In this document: piece after piece, positions 1 to 11,795 of the stretch
How positions within the stretch are numbered: the first letter of the stretch is position 1
Layout of the letters: the number at the start of each line of letters is the position of its first letter
Origin: Gammaproteobacteria bacterium
GTDB taxonomy: Bacteria > Pseudomonadota > Gammaproteobacteria > Eutrophobiales > Eutrophobiaceae
Reading direction: 5' to 3'
Length of the DNA stretch: 64,000 nucleotides
Assembly: GCA_965215365.1 (NCBI GenBank)
Contig: CBDCDS010000003.1
Coordinates: 1,952,001-2,016,000 of the forward strand
Made by a program: the position numbers and the translations under genes
Notes under the pieces: generated by a model
What the model was told of the DNA's origin: nothing
The model's database searches: none
The model's input: the letters and a program-made list of their open reading frames with translations, nothing else

Positions 1-1343
<1,343 letters not shown>

Positions 1344-1344
1344 C

Positions 1345-1806
1345 TTTTAAAGTTTCGTGGTCTTTTTGAACTCTCACCAATACAGGCGTGCCTTCGAACA
1401 GTTCAGTTAGAATTGCATCAATTCCCTGATTTCTCTGAACAGGATTGAAAGCAATGCCATCAAGTAAACTCAAGGCTTTTCCATCAGCATTCCGATACCA
1501 TTCCCGGCCTTTTTCCATCAGGTTGGATTCTGTCTTTACAGGAGCTCTTATTCGTTCTAGCGACAGCTCAACCGCCTCTGCGGATTTGTCTATACCGATA
1601 TAACGTCGCTCAAGTAGCTTCGCAGCTACGCAAGTAGTCCCGCTCCCACAAAAAGGATCCAAGACGGTATCATTTTTGGCAGAAGCAATTTGAATAATCT
1701 TTCCGAGTAACAACAATGGTTTTTGCGTTGGATAACCCACTCGTTCCTTTGCCTTTGGATTCAGGTATGGAATTTCCCATACATCACTCAACGGCACTCC
1801 ATTCTT
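1345..1806 (-). pseudogene. Fragment of an N4/N6 DNA methyltransferase (C-terminal half, truncated at both ends)
   Basis: KNGVPLSDVWEIPYLNPKAKERVGYPTQKP...VLDPFCGSGTT present; catalytic DPPY/DPPF half absent; the frame runs directly into the cysS stop codon. Confidence 0.8.
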
Positions 1807-1807
1807 T

Positions 1808-2043
1808 ACCCATGTATAAAGTTTCAAGGGTTTCCTGAATGCGTCGTGCTTGAGCCCTGTTCGGATAGTAAAACATAACCCTGATGGGTTTATATCCGGT
1901 GCCGGATATCACCTTGATTCTAGTATGTTCCTTATTGATATGGTCGCCATCAGTCGTCGCATCCCTCCATTTGATTTCAATCGCATCAGTTCCAACAAGG
2001 CAATCAATTTCAAATGTTTTCGGGCGTTGGCTAACTGCATTCC
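1808..2043 (-). pseudogene. Internal fragment of an ApaLI-family type II restriction endonuclease
   Basis: Manual translation: SQRPKTFEIDCLVGTDAIEIKWRDATTDGDHINKEHTRIKVISGTGYKPIRVMFYYPNRAQARRIQETLETLYMG; no start codon; absent from the ORF track. Confidence 0.75.
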
Positions 2044-2121
2044 AAAATCGGAGATGTTTTTTATTTTAACAAGGCTTCATGGTACCGGCGTCCGGGAGAT
2101 GTCAAGTATGCAATTCTTTGA

Positions 2122-2150
2122 TTGACGCCGCCCTGTTCAGGGCGTATGAT
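2122..2150 (+). promoter_or_regulatory. Sigma70-like promoter of the tRNA operon
   Basis: TTGACG-17 bp-TATGAT, 25 bp upstream of tRNA-Pro. Confidence 0.7.
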
Positions 2151-2175
2151 TGCGCCTCTGCCTTATGGCTCGGTT

Positions 2176-2252
2176 CGGGGCATGGCGCAGTCTGGTAGCG
2201 CATCTGCTTTGGGAGCAGAGGGTCGGGGGTTCAAATCCCTCTGCCCCGACCA
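2176..2252 (+). tRNA. tRNA-Pro(TGG)
   Basis: Cloverleaf; anticodon arm TCTGC-TT TGG GA-GCAGA; GGTTCAAATCC T-arm; encoded CCA. Confidence 0.96.
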
Positions 2253-2308
2253 TTGTGTGATGTGTCCCTGACGAAAGGGCGCCAGGGACGCAGGAATGAC
2301 GAGGTGTT

Positions 2309-2385
2309 GCGCTCGTAGCTCAACCGGATAGAGCATCGGCCTTCTAAGCCGAGGGTTAGAGGTTCGAGTCCTCTCGGGCGCGCCA
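2309..2385 (+). tRNA. tRNA-Arg(TCT)
   Basis: Anticodon arm TCGGC-CT TCT AA-GCCGA; T-loop GGTTCGAGTCC; encoded CCA. Confidence 0.96.
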
Positions 2386-2417
2386 AATGCCGGGCTGACC
2401 CCGGTGCCAGCGGACAT

Positions 2418-2495
2418 GGTGAGTGTAGCTCAGTCAGGTAGAGCCCCGGATTGTGGTTCCGGTGGTCGTGGGTTCGAGCCCCATCACTCACCCCA
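2418..2495 (+). tRNA. tRNA-His(GTG)
   Basis: Anticodon arm CCGGA-TT GTG GT-TCCGG; G-1; encoded CCA. Confidence 0.95.
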
Positions 2496-2545
2496 TCTTT
2501 TCCGGCGCGAAAAGCAGGCAGGGCTAGTGTGATATACTTGCCCGC

Positions 2546-2618
2546 GGGCCGTTAGCTTAGTCGGTAGAGCAGGGGACTCTTAATCCCAAGGTCCAGGGTT
2601 CGAATCCCTGACGGCCCA
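2546..2618 (+). tRNA. tRNA-Lys(CTT), no encoded CCA
   Basis: GGGCCGTTAGCTTAG...CT CTT AA...GGTTCGAATCCC...CGGCCCA, followed by TCG. Confidence 0.9.
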
Positions 2619-2651
2619 TCGGTAGTTCCCGTACAAGGAGCAATAAAGATC

Positions 2652-2879
2652 ATGATACATCGCCACCTCAACCATCAGGATTACACGCTTGCTTCTATTG
2701 ATGACGTGATCGCTCGTGGGCGGCGCTCGGACTGGGCGGATCTTAAGCAAACACTGGTCAAGCACCCGATCCTTGCAGGTAAAGTGGCTCAGGTCTGCCG
2801 CCGGCACTTATCCAACCCGCATGCACAGCGTTACCATTTCTGGAACCACCATGTGGTCAAACACTACGCCATTACCTGA
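2652..2879 (+). CDS. Small protein, putative antitoxin of the downstream nucleotidyltransferase
   Basis: 75 aa; AGGAG upstream; overlaps the start of the AbiEii/DUF1814-like gene. Confidence 0.6.
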   Translation: MIHRHLNHQDYTLASIDDVIARGRRSDWADLKQTLVKHPILAGKVAQVCRRHLSNPHAQRYHFWNHHVVKHYAIT

Positions 2880-3606
2880 CTGGGAGCAAGTACTCTCCTC
2901 AGCAGTGCGTTTACAGACTATCTTACCGGATACGGTGCTCGTTGGCGGCACCGCAGCGGCCGTCCATGCAAAGCATCGTCTTTCGCGTGATGCCGACCAT
3001 GTCCTCCCCGACCTGCGCACACATTTTGATGAGATCTTAGCGCAGCTCGAAGCCGTGGCCGGCTGGAAGACTGCGCGGATACGCCGTCCGGTACTGATTC
3101 TGGGGAGCCTGGATGGCATTGAAACCGGCATACGACAACTGATTCGACAGGCCCCGCTGGAAACCACCCTGATTGATCATCAAGGCGCCCAGTTGCAGGT
3201 GCCTACCGTTGCAGAAACCCTGCGTATCAAGGGCACTCTGATTCTGCGCAGAAACGCGACTCGGGATTATCTGGACTTCGCGGCGCTCAGTGAACATCTG
3301 GGTCCCCAGGACGCTGCGTTGGCGCTGGAGCCGTTTGATACATTATACCCACAGGACAATGACGAATCAGCCTTGCAGCAGCTGCTGATTCAGCTAGTCA
3401 ACCCAATGCCGTATGACTTGGATACTATTGAATTAAGGGAATACAACCACCTTGAACCGCGCTGGCACGACTGGAGGGCTGTACAAGCCGCCTGCCGGCA
3501 TACCGCCGATGCCCTTTTTTGCGGCTTGCATACAGCCCTCGAAGATGATCGTGCCCTGGATGAAGACCGGGATCCTCCAACAGAGCCTCCCGATCAAACG
3601 GAATAA
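2851..3606 (+). CDS. Nucleotidyltransferase, AbiEii/DUF1814 (MenT-like) toxin family
   Basis: LVGGTAAAVHAKHRLSRDAD (GG..HR.S.D.D) and KGTLILRRNATRDYLD motifs; start chosen at ATG 2851. Confidence 0.75.
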   Translation: MWSNTTPLPDWEQVLSSAVRLQTILPDTVLVGGTAAAVHAKHRLSRDADHVLPDLRTHFDEILAQLEAVAGWKTARIRRPVLILGSLDGIETGIRQLIRQAPLETTLIDHQGAQLQVPTVAETLRIKGTLILRRNATRDYLDFAALSEHLGPQDAALALEPFDTLYPQDNDESALQQLLIQLVNPMPYDLDTIELREYNHLEPRWHDWRAVQAACRHTADALFCGLHTALEDDRALDEDRDPPTEPPDQTE

Positions 3607-3656
3607 GGTGCCGATCAGTCACGCTCCCCGTTAGCCGGCAACTGAAACGTCTTGAG

Positions 3657-3857
3657 GTAACCTCTAAAAATACCCTCCGTGGTATTTTGTTCGGCGGCAG
3701 TGCCTGGGTCGGCGCCACGGCTTGCCCGGATGGCGCATAATATGGGGGATGGGTTCAGAGTCATTGAATTTGACGATATATGCCTGTATTGTGGGAACCT
3801 TTGAGTTAATCAGAGAGTCTGATTGGCATTCGGCCACTTCTGAAAATTAGAGGTTAC
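3657..3857. mobile_element. MITE-like element, family B
   Basis: Terminal inverted repeats GTAACCTCTAA...TTAGAGGTTAC; subterminal hairpin AAAATACC-CTCCGT-GGTATTTT shared with other copies. Confidence 0.65.
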
Positions 3858-3872
3858 TATTCGACTGAACGG

Positions 3873-4214
3873 ATGAAATGTATGAGTTCTCTACATGGTC
3901 TGCTGGTTTTCCCCGCCATAATTGGCGTTGTTGCAGCAGGGCAATATTCTCTCCACGCGGCTGAGCCGGCGCCGGACGGTGGCGCTGCTGCGCATACCCT
4001 GGCATTGGACGCAGACAACAGGGATACAAAGCCGCAGGGCAAAACCGCCAATGTGCAAATGCCCGCAACCCGTCAGGAATGGCGGCAGGATGAACAGTGC
4101 ATGACGGTCTGCTCCAACTGGGGACAGGAGTGCGTCATGCTTAATTCCGGCTCCGACCGGGCCATCAGAAGGTGTGTGCGCACCTGCAAGTCATTCTCAG
4201 AGGAGTGCTTGTAG
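3873..4214 (+). CDS. Small exported Cys-rich hypothetical protein
   Basis: Hydrophobic N-terminus; C-terminal six-Cys cluster CMTVC...C...CVRTC...C. Confidence 0.6.
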   Translation: MKCMSSLHGLLVFPAIIGVVAAGQYSLHAAEPAPDGGAAAHTLALDADNRDTKPQGKTANVQMPATRQEWRQDEQCMTVCSNWGQECVMLNSGSDRAIRRCVRTCKSFSEECL

Positions 4215-4297
4215 GCGCCCCCAAAGCCGCATGAGCGGGGTGCCGGGTCTGACAGTTCGGGAGCGTCTTACAGTCGCCAGTGCATCTGCCAATCCTG

Positions 4298-4355
4298 GCC
4301 CGCAGATCTTACCAAGTGATGCGAAGCTCGCGCCGGTTTGGTTCTGCCTGCGGGC
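4298..4355 (+). mobile_element. MITE-like family A, miniature copy
   Basis: GCCCGCAGATCTTACCAAGTGATGCGAAG...CTGCGGGC; matches copies at 25141, 26685 and 28189. Confidence 0.7.
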
Positions 4356-4401
4356 TGGTTTCGTGTATAATGCCAGCCGGCAGTGGGTGCCCGCCCGGGA
4401 T

Positions 4402-4486
<85 letters not shown>

Positions 4487-4520
4487 CCTACCATACGAGA
4501 GTGAATATTGTGAGTGATAC

Positions 4521-5837
4521 ATGCAGGTTTCGGTAGCGTCTGGCAGCGGGTTGCAACGCAGCATTGCGGTTGACATACCGGAAGAGCGCATTCTTGGCGC
4601 AGTGGAAGAGCGCCTGAAATCCATGAGCAGGACCAGTCAGGTGCAGGGGTTTCGCCCCGGCAAGGCACCCATGCGCATCATCAAGCAACGCTTCGGCCCC
4701 CAGGTGCGCAGCGAAGTGGTTGAAAAACTCGTCAATTCATCCTTTTACGAAGCCGTCACCCAGGAATCTCTGCAACCGGTCGGCCAGCCGTTAATTGATT
4801 CGCTGCGGGAAGCGGTGGGCGAGGGCCTGAGCTACACGGCCACCTTTGAGGTGCTGCCGGAGATAGCGCTCAAACCGGTGACAGACCTGCACATTGAACA
4901 GCCGACCTGCGAGCTCACCGAGACCGATGTCGATGCCATGATCGACACACTGCGGCGGCAACGGCGTGAGTTTCAGCAGGTGCAGCGTGCGGCAGGCACG
5001 GGCGATCAGGTTAACATTGATTATCAGGGTACGGTTGATGATGACCAGGAAGACCTTAAAGGGGAGGGCGTAGCCGTTATCCTCGGCGATGAGCGCTACC
5101 CGCCGGAGCTGGAGCAGGGGCTGCAAGGTGCCACTGCCGGCCAGTCACTGGAACTGCGTCTGACTTTTCCGGAAGACTTCGACAGCATTCGGTTATCCGG
5201 CAAATCGGCGACCCTGCAAATCCGGGTCAATCACGTCGAGGAGGCCGTGCTGCCGGAACTCAATGACGAATTTTTTACAAACTTCGGTGTGTCCGAAGGT
5301 GGCGAACCGGCCTTCAGGCAGGAAATCCGCCGTCATCTGGACGCCGAAGCCGCGACTGCGCTGCGTAACCGTGTGCGTGACTCGGTGATGCAAGCCCTGC
5401 ATGATGCGAACGACATCGATGTGCCCGATACCCTGGTGCGCGCGGAAGTCCGGCGCCTGTTGGAGCAAATCAACATGGATACGAGAATGCAGGGCCTGAG
5501 TGAGGAGGATGCAAACCGGCTGGCTGACTCACAGGACTTACAGGCCATGGCCCGACGCCAGGTTGCGTTGCAGCTGCTCACGGCTGAGCTGATACGCGCC
5601 AACAACCTGCAGGCAAAACCGGAAAAAATCCGTGCGCTCATCGAAGCCAGGGCGCGGTCATATCAGGACCCCAGCGCCTTGATCAACTGGTACTACAATG
5701 ACAAGGAACGGCTGGCGCAAGTGGAAGCACTGGCGCTGGAGGACGAATTGATAGACTGGGTGGTCGGGCGCGGCAAGGTCAAGAAACTGTCATTGTCGTT
5801 TGACGAACTGGTGAATAAAAGGCAGAATCCGCAATGA
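4521..5837 (+). CDS. tig: Trigger factor
   Basis: GFRPGKAP ribosome-binding motif; FKBP-like middle domain; synteny with clpPX. Confidence 0.96.
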   Translation: MQVSVASGSGLQRSIAVDIPEERILGAVEERLKSMSRTSQVQGFRPGKAPMRIIKQRFGPQVRSEVVEKLVNSSFYEAVTQESLQPVGQPLIDSLREAVGEGLSYTATFEVLPEIALKPVTDLHIEQPTCELTETDVDAMIDTLRRQRREFQQVQRAAGTGDQVNIDYQGTVDDDQEDLKGEGVAVILGDERYPPELEQGLQGATAGQSLELRLTFPEDFDSIRLSGKSATLQIRVNHVEEAVLPELNDEFFTNFGVSEGGEPAFRQEIRRHLDAEAATALRNRVRDSVMQALHDANDIDVPDTLVRAEVRRLLEQINMDTRMQGLSEEDANRLADSQDLQAMARRQVALQLLTAELIRANNLQAKPEKIRALIEARARSYQDPSALINWYYNDKERLAQVEALALEDELIDWVVGRGKVKKLSLSFDELVNKRQNPQ

Positions 5838-6466
5838 TGGATAAAACCCACATACAAGCGCTCAATCTGGTGCCCATGGTGGTGGAGCAGACCTCACGCG
5901 GTGAGCGCGCCTACGACATTTACTCGCGCCTGCTGAAAGAGCGGGTGCTGTTCCTGGTGGGGGCGGTTGAGGATCATGTCGCCAACCTGATCGTGGCCCA
6001 GTTATTGTTCTTGGAGTCGGAAAACCCCGACAAGGACATTCATTTCTATATCAACTCGCCGGGTGGCTCCGTTTCCGCCGGTCTGGCCGTGTACGACACC
6101 ATGCAGTTTGTCAAGCCTCAGGTCAGTACCATGTGCGTGGGTCAGGCGGCCAGCATGGGCGCTTTGTTACTGGCGGGCGGGGCCGCCGGCAAGCGTTTTT
6201 GCCTGCCTCATTCGCGGGTGATGATCCATCAACCTCTGGGCGGCTTCCAGGGACAGGCAACGGATGTGGATATCCATGCCAAAGAGATTTTGAAGGCGCG
6301 CGCGCGTCTCAACCAGATCCTGGTCACCCATACCGGACAGCCTGTTGACAAGATAGAGCGCGACACAGAGCGTGATAAATTCATGAGTTCCGAAGAGGCC
6401 CGGGATTATGGCCTAGTGGATGCGGTACTGGTTACGCGCGAGTCCGATCCGGCTGCCGTCCGGTAG
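5834..6466 (+). CDS. clpP: ATP-dependent Clp protease proteolytic subunit
   Basis: [32 protein letters not shown]. Confidence 0.98.
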   Translation: MMDKTHIQALNLVPMVVEQTSRGERAYDIYSRLLKERVLFLVGAVEDHVANLIVAQLLFLESENPDKDIHFYINSPGGSVSAGLAVYDTMQFVKPQVSTMCVGQAASMGALLLAGGAAGKRFCLPHSRVMIHQPLGGFQGQATDVDIHAKEILKARARLNQILVTHTGQPVDKIERDTERDKFMSSEEARDYGLVDAVLVTRESDPAAVR

Positions 6467-6508
6467 CGCAGTTGCGGTGGGCAATTTTTTCCATCCGGGC
6501 AGGCTGAC

Positions 6509-7795
6509 ATGAGTACCCGCAAACAAGGTAAGGCAGGTCAAGGCGACAGACTCCTGTATTGTTCATTCTGCGGCAAAAGCCAGCACGAGGTGCGTAAGCT
6601 GATTGCCGGTCCTTCCGTGTTCATCTGTGATGAATGCGTCGAGTTGTGCAACGACATCATCTGGGAAGAAGTCCAGGAGCGTGCCATTTCCGGATCTGCC
6701 AGTTCCCTGCCAAGCCCCCAGAAAATCAATGAGATACTGAATGAGTACGTGATCGGCCAGGATACGGCCAAGAAGATCCTCTCGGTGGCGGTTTACAACC
6801 ACTACAAGCGCATGGACCCGGGCGCGAAGAAGTCCGAGGTGGAACTGGCCAAGAGCAACGTGTTGTTGATTGGCCCCACCGGCAGCGGCAAGACCCTGCT
6901 GGCCGAAACCCTGGCGCGCCTGCTCAACGTGCCGTTTACCATTGCCGACGCCACCACCCTGACGGAAGCGGGCTACGTGGGTGAGGATGTCGAAAACATC
7001 ATCCAGAAGTTGCTGCAGAAATGTGATTATGACGTGGAGAAGGCGCAGACCGGCATTGTCTATATTGATGAAATCGACAAGATCTCGCGCAAGTCCGACA
7101 ATCCTTCAATCACTCGCGACGTCTCCGGAGAAGGCGTCCAGCAGGCGCTGTTGAAGCTAGTTGAAGGCACGGTGGCCTCGGTGCCGCCGCAGGGTGGGCG
7201 CAAACACCCGCAGCAGGAATTTCTGCAGGTGAATACGACTGACATCCTGTTCATCTGCGGCGGCGCGTTTGCCGGTCTGGACAAAATTATTCGTGAGCGT
7301 TCGGAAAGAGCCGGTATCGGTTTTTCCGCGGAAGTAAAAAGCCTGTCGGACCGCAAGAGTATGAGTGCTTTGATCCGGACCGTAGAACCCGAGGACTTGA
7401 TCAAGTACGGCATCATTCCTGAATTCGTCGGGCGCCTGCCGGTAGTGGCGACGCTCGATGAGCTCGATGAAGCGCAACTGGTGAAGATTCTGGTGGAACC
7501 GAAGAATGCTTTGGTCAAGCAATACCAGCGCATGTTCGAGATGGAGAACTGTGAAATAGAGTTTCGTGATGAGGCCTTGCGCAAAGTTGCCCGCAAGTCC
7601 ATGCAACGCAAGACCGGCGCCCGCGGGTTACGCTCGATTATGGAAAATGTGCTGCTTGACACCATGTATGAGCTGCCCTCCACAGAAGGTGTGACCAAGG
7701 TGGTGATCGATGCCGGCGTTATCTCCGGCGAGGCCAAACCGTTGATGATTTACGAGGGTGGCGAGTTACCCAAGGCGGCGTCCGATGCGGATTGA
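6509..7795 (+). CDS. clpX: Clp protease ATP-binding subunit ClpX
   Basis: CSFCGK zinc finger, [14 protein letters not shown] loop, IGF loop. Confidence 0.98.
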   Translation: MSTRKQGKAGQGDRLLYCSFCGKSQHEVRKLIAGPSVFICDECVELCNDIIWEEVQERAISGSASSLPSPQKINEILNEYVIGQDTAKKILSVAVYNHYKRMDPGAKKSEVELAKSNVLLIGPTGSGKTLLAETLARLLNVPFTIADATTLTEAGYVGEDVENIIQKLLQKCDYDVEKAQTGIVYIDEIDKISRKSDNPSITRDVSGEGVQQALLKLVEGTVASVPPQGGRKHPQQEFLQVNTTDILFICGGAFAGLDKIIRERSERAGIGFSAEVKSLSDRKSMSALIRTVEPEDLIKYGIIPEFVGRLPVVATLDELDEAQLVKILVEPKNALVKQYQRMFEMENCEIEFRDEALRKVARKSMQRKTGARGLRSIMENVLLDTMYELPSTEGVTKVVIDAGVISGEAKPLMIYEGGELPKAASDAD

Positions 7796-7890
7796 CCGGC
7801 GCCCGCCCGCCACCGGGCCGGCAGTCTTCATCGTGCGCTTGCAATCCGTTACCTTCGCCCCCATCTGCAAGGGGTAGAGGTCCTATCGAT

Positions 7891-10308
7891 ATGGCTACCA
7901 AATCCAAACCCCCCTTGCAGGTCTTGCCGGTACTGCCGCTACGGGACGTAGTGGTGTATCCCTATATGGTCATTCCCTTGTTCGTAGGCAGGGAAAAATC
8001 CATACAGGCGCTCGATACGGCCATGGGCGGTAACAAGCAAATCCTGCTGGTTGCCCAGAAGAGCGCCGGGGAAGATGATCCGGGCGTTGATGAGATCTAT
8101 GACGTCGGCGCGCTGGCGAATATCCTGCAGTTGCTGAAACTGCCTGACGGCACCATCAAGGTGTTGGTGGAAGGCGCCCGGCGCGCGCGCGTGGACAGTT
8201 ATATCGAAACAGAGTCGATGTTTTTTGCCAATACCGAGCTGCTGGAAGAAGAACTGCCCGAGGTGCGAGCCGTTGAGATATTGCTGCATCCGGCCCTCAA
8301 GCAGTTCGAACAATACGTCAAGCTGAACAAAAAGGTACCGCCGGAAATCCTGTCATCGCTGTCTAGTATCGACGATCCTTCCCGTCTGGCCGACACCATC
8401 GCCGCGCACATGTCGGTGAAGATTGAAGATAAACAGGCAGTGCTGGAACAAGTGGACTTGCGCGCCAGACTGGAATACCTGATCAATCTGCTGGAGACGG
8501 AGATCGACCTGCTGAACGTGGAGAAACGCATCCGCGGCCGGGTCAAGTCGCAAATGGAAAAGAGCCAGCGCGAGTATTACCTCAACGAACAGATGAAGGC
8601 GATCCAGAAGGAGCTGGGTGATATGGACGAAGCACCCAACGAAATGGAGGAGTTGGGCAATAAAATCGCCAAGTCGGGGATGCCCAAGGAAACGCGCAAA
8701 AAAGCGGATACTGAACTGGGCAAGCTGAAAATGATGCCGCCCATGTCGGCCGAAGCCACGGTGGTAAGAAATTACATCGACTGGTTGCTCAATGTGCCCT
8801 GGAAGCGGCGCAGCAAGATCTCGCGGGATATCAACAAGGCAGAACAGATTCTCGAAGAAGACCACTTTGGCCTGGACAAGGTAAAACAGCGTATTCTGGA
8901 GTATCTGGCGGTACAGCAACGGGTAAAAAAACCCAAGGGACCGATCCTGTGTCTGGTCGGGCCGCCGGGTGTGGGAAAAACCTCCCTGGGTCGCTCCATC
9001 GCCCGCGCCACCAACCGGAAATTCATTCGCATGTCCTTAGGCGGCGTGCGTGACGAGGCTGAGATAAGAGGGCACCGGCGCACTTATATCGGTTCCATGC
9101 CGGGGAAAATACTGCAAAGTATGGCCAAAGTCGGCACCCGCAACCCACTGCTGCTGCTCGATGAGGTGGACAAGATGGCCATGGATTTTCGCGGCGACCC
9201 GGCTTCGGCGCTGCTGGAAGTGCTGGACCCCGAACAGAACAACTCCTTCGCCGACCATTATCTGGAGGTGGACTTCGACCTGTCCGAGGTAATGTTCGTC
9301 ACCACCGCCAACAGCCTCAATATACCCGCTCCATTGCTGGATCGTATGGAGGTCATCCGTATCTCCGGCTATACCGAAGATGAAAAGATAAATATCGCTC
9401 GTAACTACCTGATTCCAAAGCAACTGGAACGGAATGGTCTGGAACGGAAGGAGATCAGTCTGGGGGACGCGGCCATCAAGGAGATCATCCGCTATTACAC
9501 CCGTGAGGCGGGTGTGCGTAACCTGGAGCGGGAACTGGCCAGTATCTGTCGCAAGGTCGTCACCCGGTTATTGCAGAAGGTCGACCTGAAACAGATCTCC
9601 GTGACGCCGTCTAGGCTGGAGAAAATGATTGGTGTCAAGAAATTCCGCTACGGCCGCGTCGAAGAGGAAGACCGGATCGGACAGGTCACTGGTCTGGCCT
9701 GGACCGAAACCGGCGGTGATCTGCTGACCATAGAGGCCACGGTGGTGCCAGGCAAGGGCGAGGCCATTCGCACCGGCCACTTAGGCGATGTGATGAAGGA
9801 ATCCATCGAGGCTGCACGTACTGTGGTGCGCAGCCGCAGTGAGTTTTTGGGCATAGACATGAATTTTTACAAAGAGCGGGACTTTCACGTTCATGTTCCC
9901 GAAGGCGCCACCCCCAAGGACGGCCCCAGTGCCGGCGTGGCCATGTGTACCGCCCTGGTGTCGGCCCTCACCGACGTTCCGGTGCGCGCCAATGTGGCCA
10001 TGACCGGCGAGATCACCTTGCGCGGCGAGGTGTTGCCCATCGGCGGGCTCAAGGAAAAATTGCTGGCGGCGCTGCGCGGCGGTATCGACACGGTGTTGAT
10101 CCCTTTCGAGAACGAGCGAGAGCTCATCGAAATACCCAGGAATATCAAGCAGAACCTGACTATCAAGCCGGTGCGCTGGATCGACGAGGTGCTGGAAATC
10201 GCCTTGCAGGACCAACCGCGCCCGCAGGCCGAAGAGAGCGAAGCGGCGCTGGTAGAGCAGCCAGCAGTTCCCAAGGAAGAAGGCTCAGAAGCGAGCCTGC
10301 CGCATTAG
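7891..10308 (+). CDS. lon: Lon protease
   Basis: [11 protein letters not shown]-terminus, [17 protein letters not shown] catalytic Ser motif; start taken at ATG 7891. Confidence 0.98.
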   Translation: MATKSKPPLQVLPVLPLRDVVVYPYMVIPLFVGREKSIQALDTAMGGNKQILLVAQKSAGEDDPGVDEIYDVGALANILQLLKLPDGTIKVLVEGARRARVDSYIETESMFFANTELLEEELPEVRAVEILLHPALKQFEQYVKLNKKVPPEILSSLSSIDDPSRLADTIAAHMSVKIEDKQAVLEQVDLRARLEYLINLLETEIDLLNVEKRIRGRVKSQMEKSQREYYLNEQMKAIQKELGDMDEAPNEMEELGNKIAKSGMPKETRKKADTELGKLKMMPPMSAEATVVRNYIDWLLNVPWKRRSKISRDINKAEQILEEDHFGLDKVKQRILEYLAVQQRVKKPKGPILCLVGPPGVGKTSLGRSIARATNRKFIRMSLGGVRDEAEIRGHRRTYIGSMPGKILQSMAKVGTRNPLLLLDEVDKMAMDFRGDPASALLEVLDPEQNNSFADHYLEVDFDLSEVMFVTTANSLNIPAPLLDRMEVIRISGYTEDEKINIARNYLIPKQLERNGLERKEISLGDAAIKEIIRYYTREAGVRNLERELASICRKVVTRLLQKVDLKQISVTPSRLEKMIGVKKFRYGRVEEEDRIGQVTGLAWTETGGDLLTIEATVVPGKGEAIRTGHLGDVMKESIEAARTVVRSRSEFLGIDMNFYKERDFHVHVPEGATPKDGPSAGVAMCTALVSALTDVPVRANVAMTGEITLRGEVLPIGGLKEKLLAALRGGIDTVLIPFENERELIEIPRNIKQNLTIKPVRWIDEVLEIALQDQPRPQAEESEAALVEQPAVPKEEGSEASLPH

Positions 10309-10309
10309 C

Positions 10310-10362
10310 TTGAAATTTCTTCCATTCAGGACTATTATCCGTAATAGTTTAACTATTATGGA
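10310..10362 (+). promoter_or_regulatory. Sigma70-like promoter with overlapping palindromic operator
   Basis: TTGAAA-17 bp-TATTAT, then TCCGTAATAGTT-T-AACTATTATGGA (12-bp arms, 1 mismatch). Confidence 0.6.
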
Positions 10363-10374
10363 GTTTGTTCCTGA

Positions 10375-11544
10375 ATGGTTGATGTGCGCAGAATCCTGAA
10401 TATTGAGTTGGAGACCGGTCAGTCCGCGTTTTTATGGGGCCCGCGCAAGGCCGGCAAGTCCACTTACTTGAAGCAGGCATTCCCCCACAGTATCGTCTAT
10501 GATTTTCTGCGCACGGATGTTGCGTTGGATTTCATCAGGAACCCTGCCCTGCTACGGGAACGCCTGCTGGCAGATCGGGCAACAGCGACGCGGTCGCCCG
10601 TTATCCTTGACGAGGTGCAGAAAGTCCCTGCAATTCTGGATGAGGTACACTGGCTGATTGAGAATGCCGGGCTGAGTTTTGTCCTGTGTGGTTCCAGCGC
10701 CAGAAAGCTGGTAAAAGGGGGCGCCAACCTGCTTGGCGGTCGCGCCTGGCGCTTTGAAATGTTCCCGTTTGTCTTTCCTGAAATTGAACAGTTCGACCTG
10801 TTGCGCGCCCTGAACCAGGGGCTGTTGCCGTCTCATTACCTGCAACCGCGCAATTATGAACGCTCATTACGTGCATATACACAGGACTACCTGAAAGAAG
10901 AAGTGTTCAGCGAGGGCCTGGTGCGCAACATCCCCGCGTTCTCACGATTTTTTGAAGCCATGGGGTATTCTCACGGCGAGTTAATCAACTATGCCAACAT
11001 CGGCCGGGATTGCGGCGTTGATGCAAAGACCGTCAAAGAGTATTTTCAGATACTGGTTGATACTTTATTGGGCGCTTATGTGTCGCCATACAAAAGGAGG
11101 CAAAGCCGCCAGGTGATCAGCAAGGCGTCCAAATTCTACCTGTTTGACGTTGGCATTGCCGGACACCTTGGCAAGCGCCGGCTGACCGAAGCGCGTGGCG
11201 AGCAGTTCGGCAAGGCTTTGGAACATTTCATTTTTATGGAATTGAACGCCCACCGCGCGTACCGGGAGCTGCATTATGAGATCAATTTCTGGCGCACCAA
11301 ATCGGGGCAGGAAGTTGACTTTGTCTTAGGTGGCGGCGAGGTTGCCATAGAAGTGAAAGGAACCAGCCGCATAAATAATTCCGACTTGAAGTCCATGCAG
11401 GCTTTTTACGATGAGTTCAGGCCACGGTTGGGCATTGTTGTAAGCAACGACAAATACGAGCGTAAAATGGGTGATATATTGGCGCTGCCATGGCGGAGTT
11501 TCCTGGACAGATTATGGAGTGGGGAGTTATTCCCGGGAGCCTGA
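10375..11544 (+). CDS. AAA+ ATPase with DUF4143/PD-(D/E)xK-like C-terminus
   Basis: GPRKAGKST, ILDEVQK, CGSS, KFYLFDVG, FWRTKSGQEVDF...IEVK. Confidence 0.88.
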   Translation: MVDVRRILNIELETGQSAFLWGPRKAGKSTYLKQAFPHSIVYDFLRTDVALDFIRNPALLRERLLADRATATRSPVILDEVQKVPAILDEVHWLIENAGLSFVLCGSSARKLVKGGANLLGGRAWRFEMFPFVFPEIEQFDLLRALNQGLLPSHYLQPRNYERSLRAYTQDYLKEEVFSEGLVRNIPAFSRFFEAMGYSHGELINYANIGRDCGVDAKTVKEYFQILVDTLLGAYVSPYKRRQSRQVISKASKFYLFDVGIAGHLGKRRLTEARGEQFGKALEHFIFMELNAHRAYRELHYEINFWRTKSGQEVDFVLGGGEVAIEVKGTSRINNSDLKSMQAFYDEFRPRLGIVVSNDKYERKMGDILALPWRSFLDRLWSGELFPGA

Positions 11545-11673
11545 AGCGGTAAAAATTAAATTGAAAGGGTACCTTGAGCGGTTATAATTTCGCATCGATC
11601 AAGTAACGTGGGAGTTCCGACGTGGTACAACTGAAGTTCCTTGTATTCAATCCATCCTCGAACACGATGAGCC

Positions 11674-11733
11674 CTTGCCGCATTGAAGCAGCAAGGGCTG
11701 GAATACAATACCCTGGTCATTTTTTCTTCCGAC
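11674..11733 (+). pseudogene. 20-codon relic of a sulfatase-family gene
   Basis: LAALKQQGLEYNTLVIFSSD resembles the sulfatase motif L..L...GL.DNT.VIF.SD. Confidence 0.5.
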
Positions 11734-11795
11734 CGGATACGGGCGGTTGTTGCAAAGATGGGCGGTAAGCGGGCGCCTTACAGGGAACTGCTGTC

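Noticed and set aside
2163-2491. ORFs over the tRNA cluster and tRNA-Leu
   Set aside because: They are antisense translations of tRNA genes.
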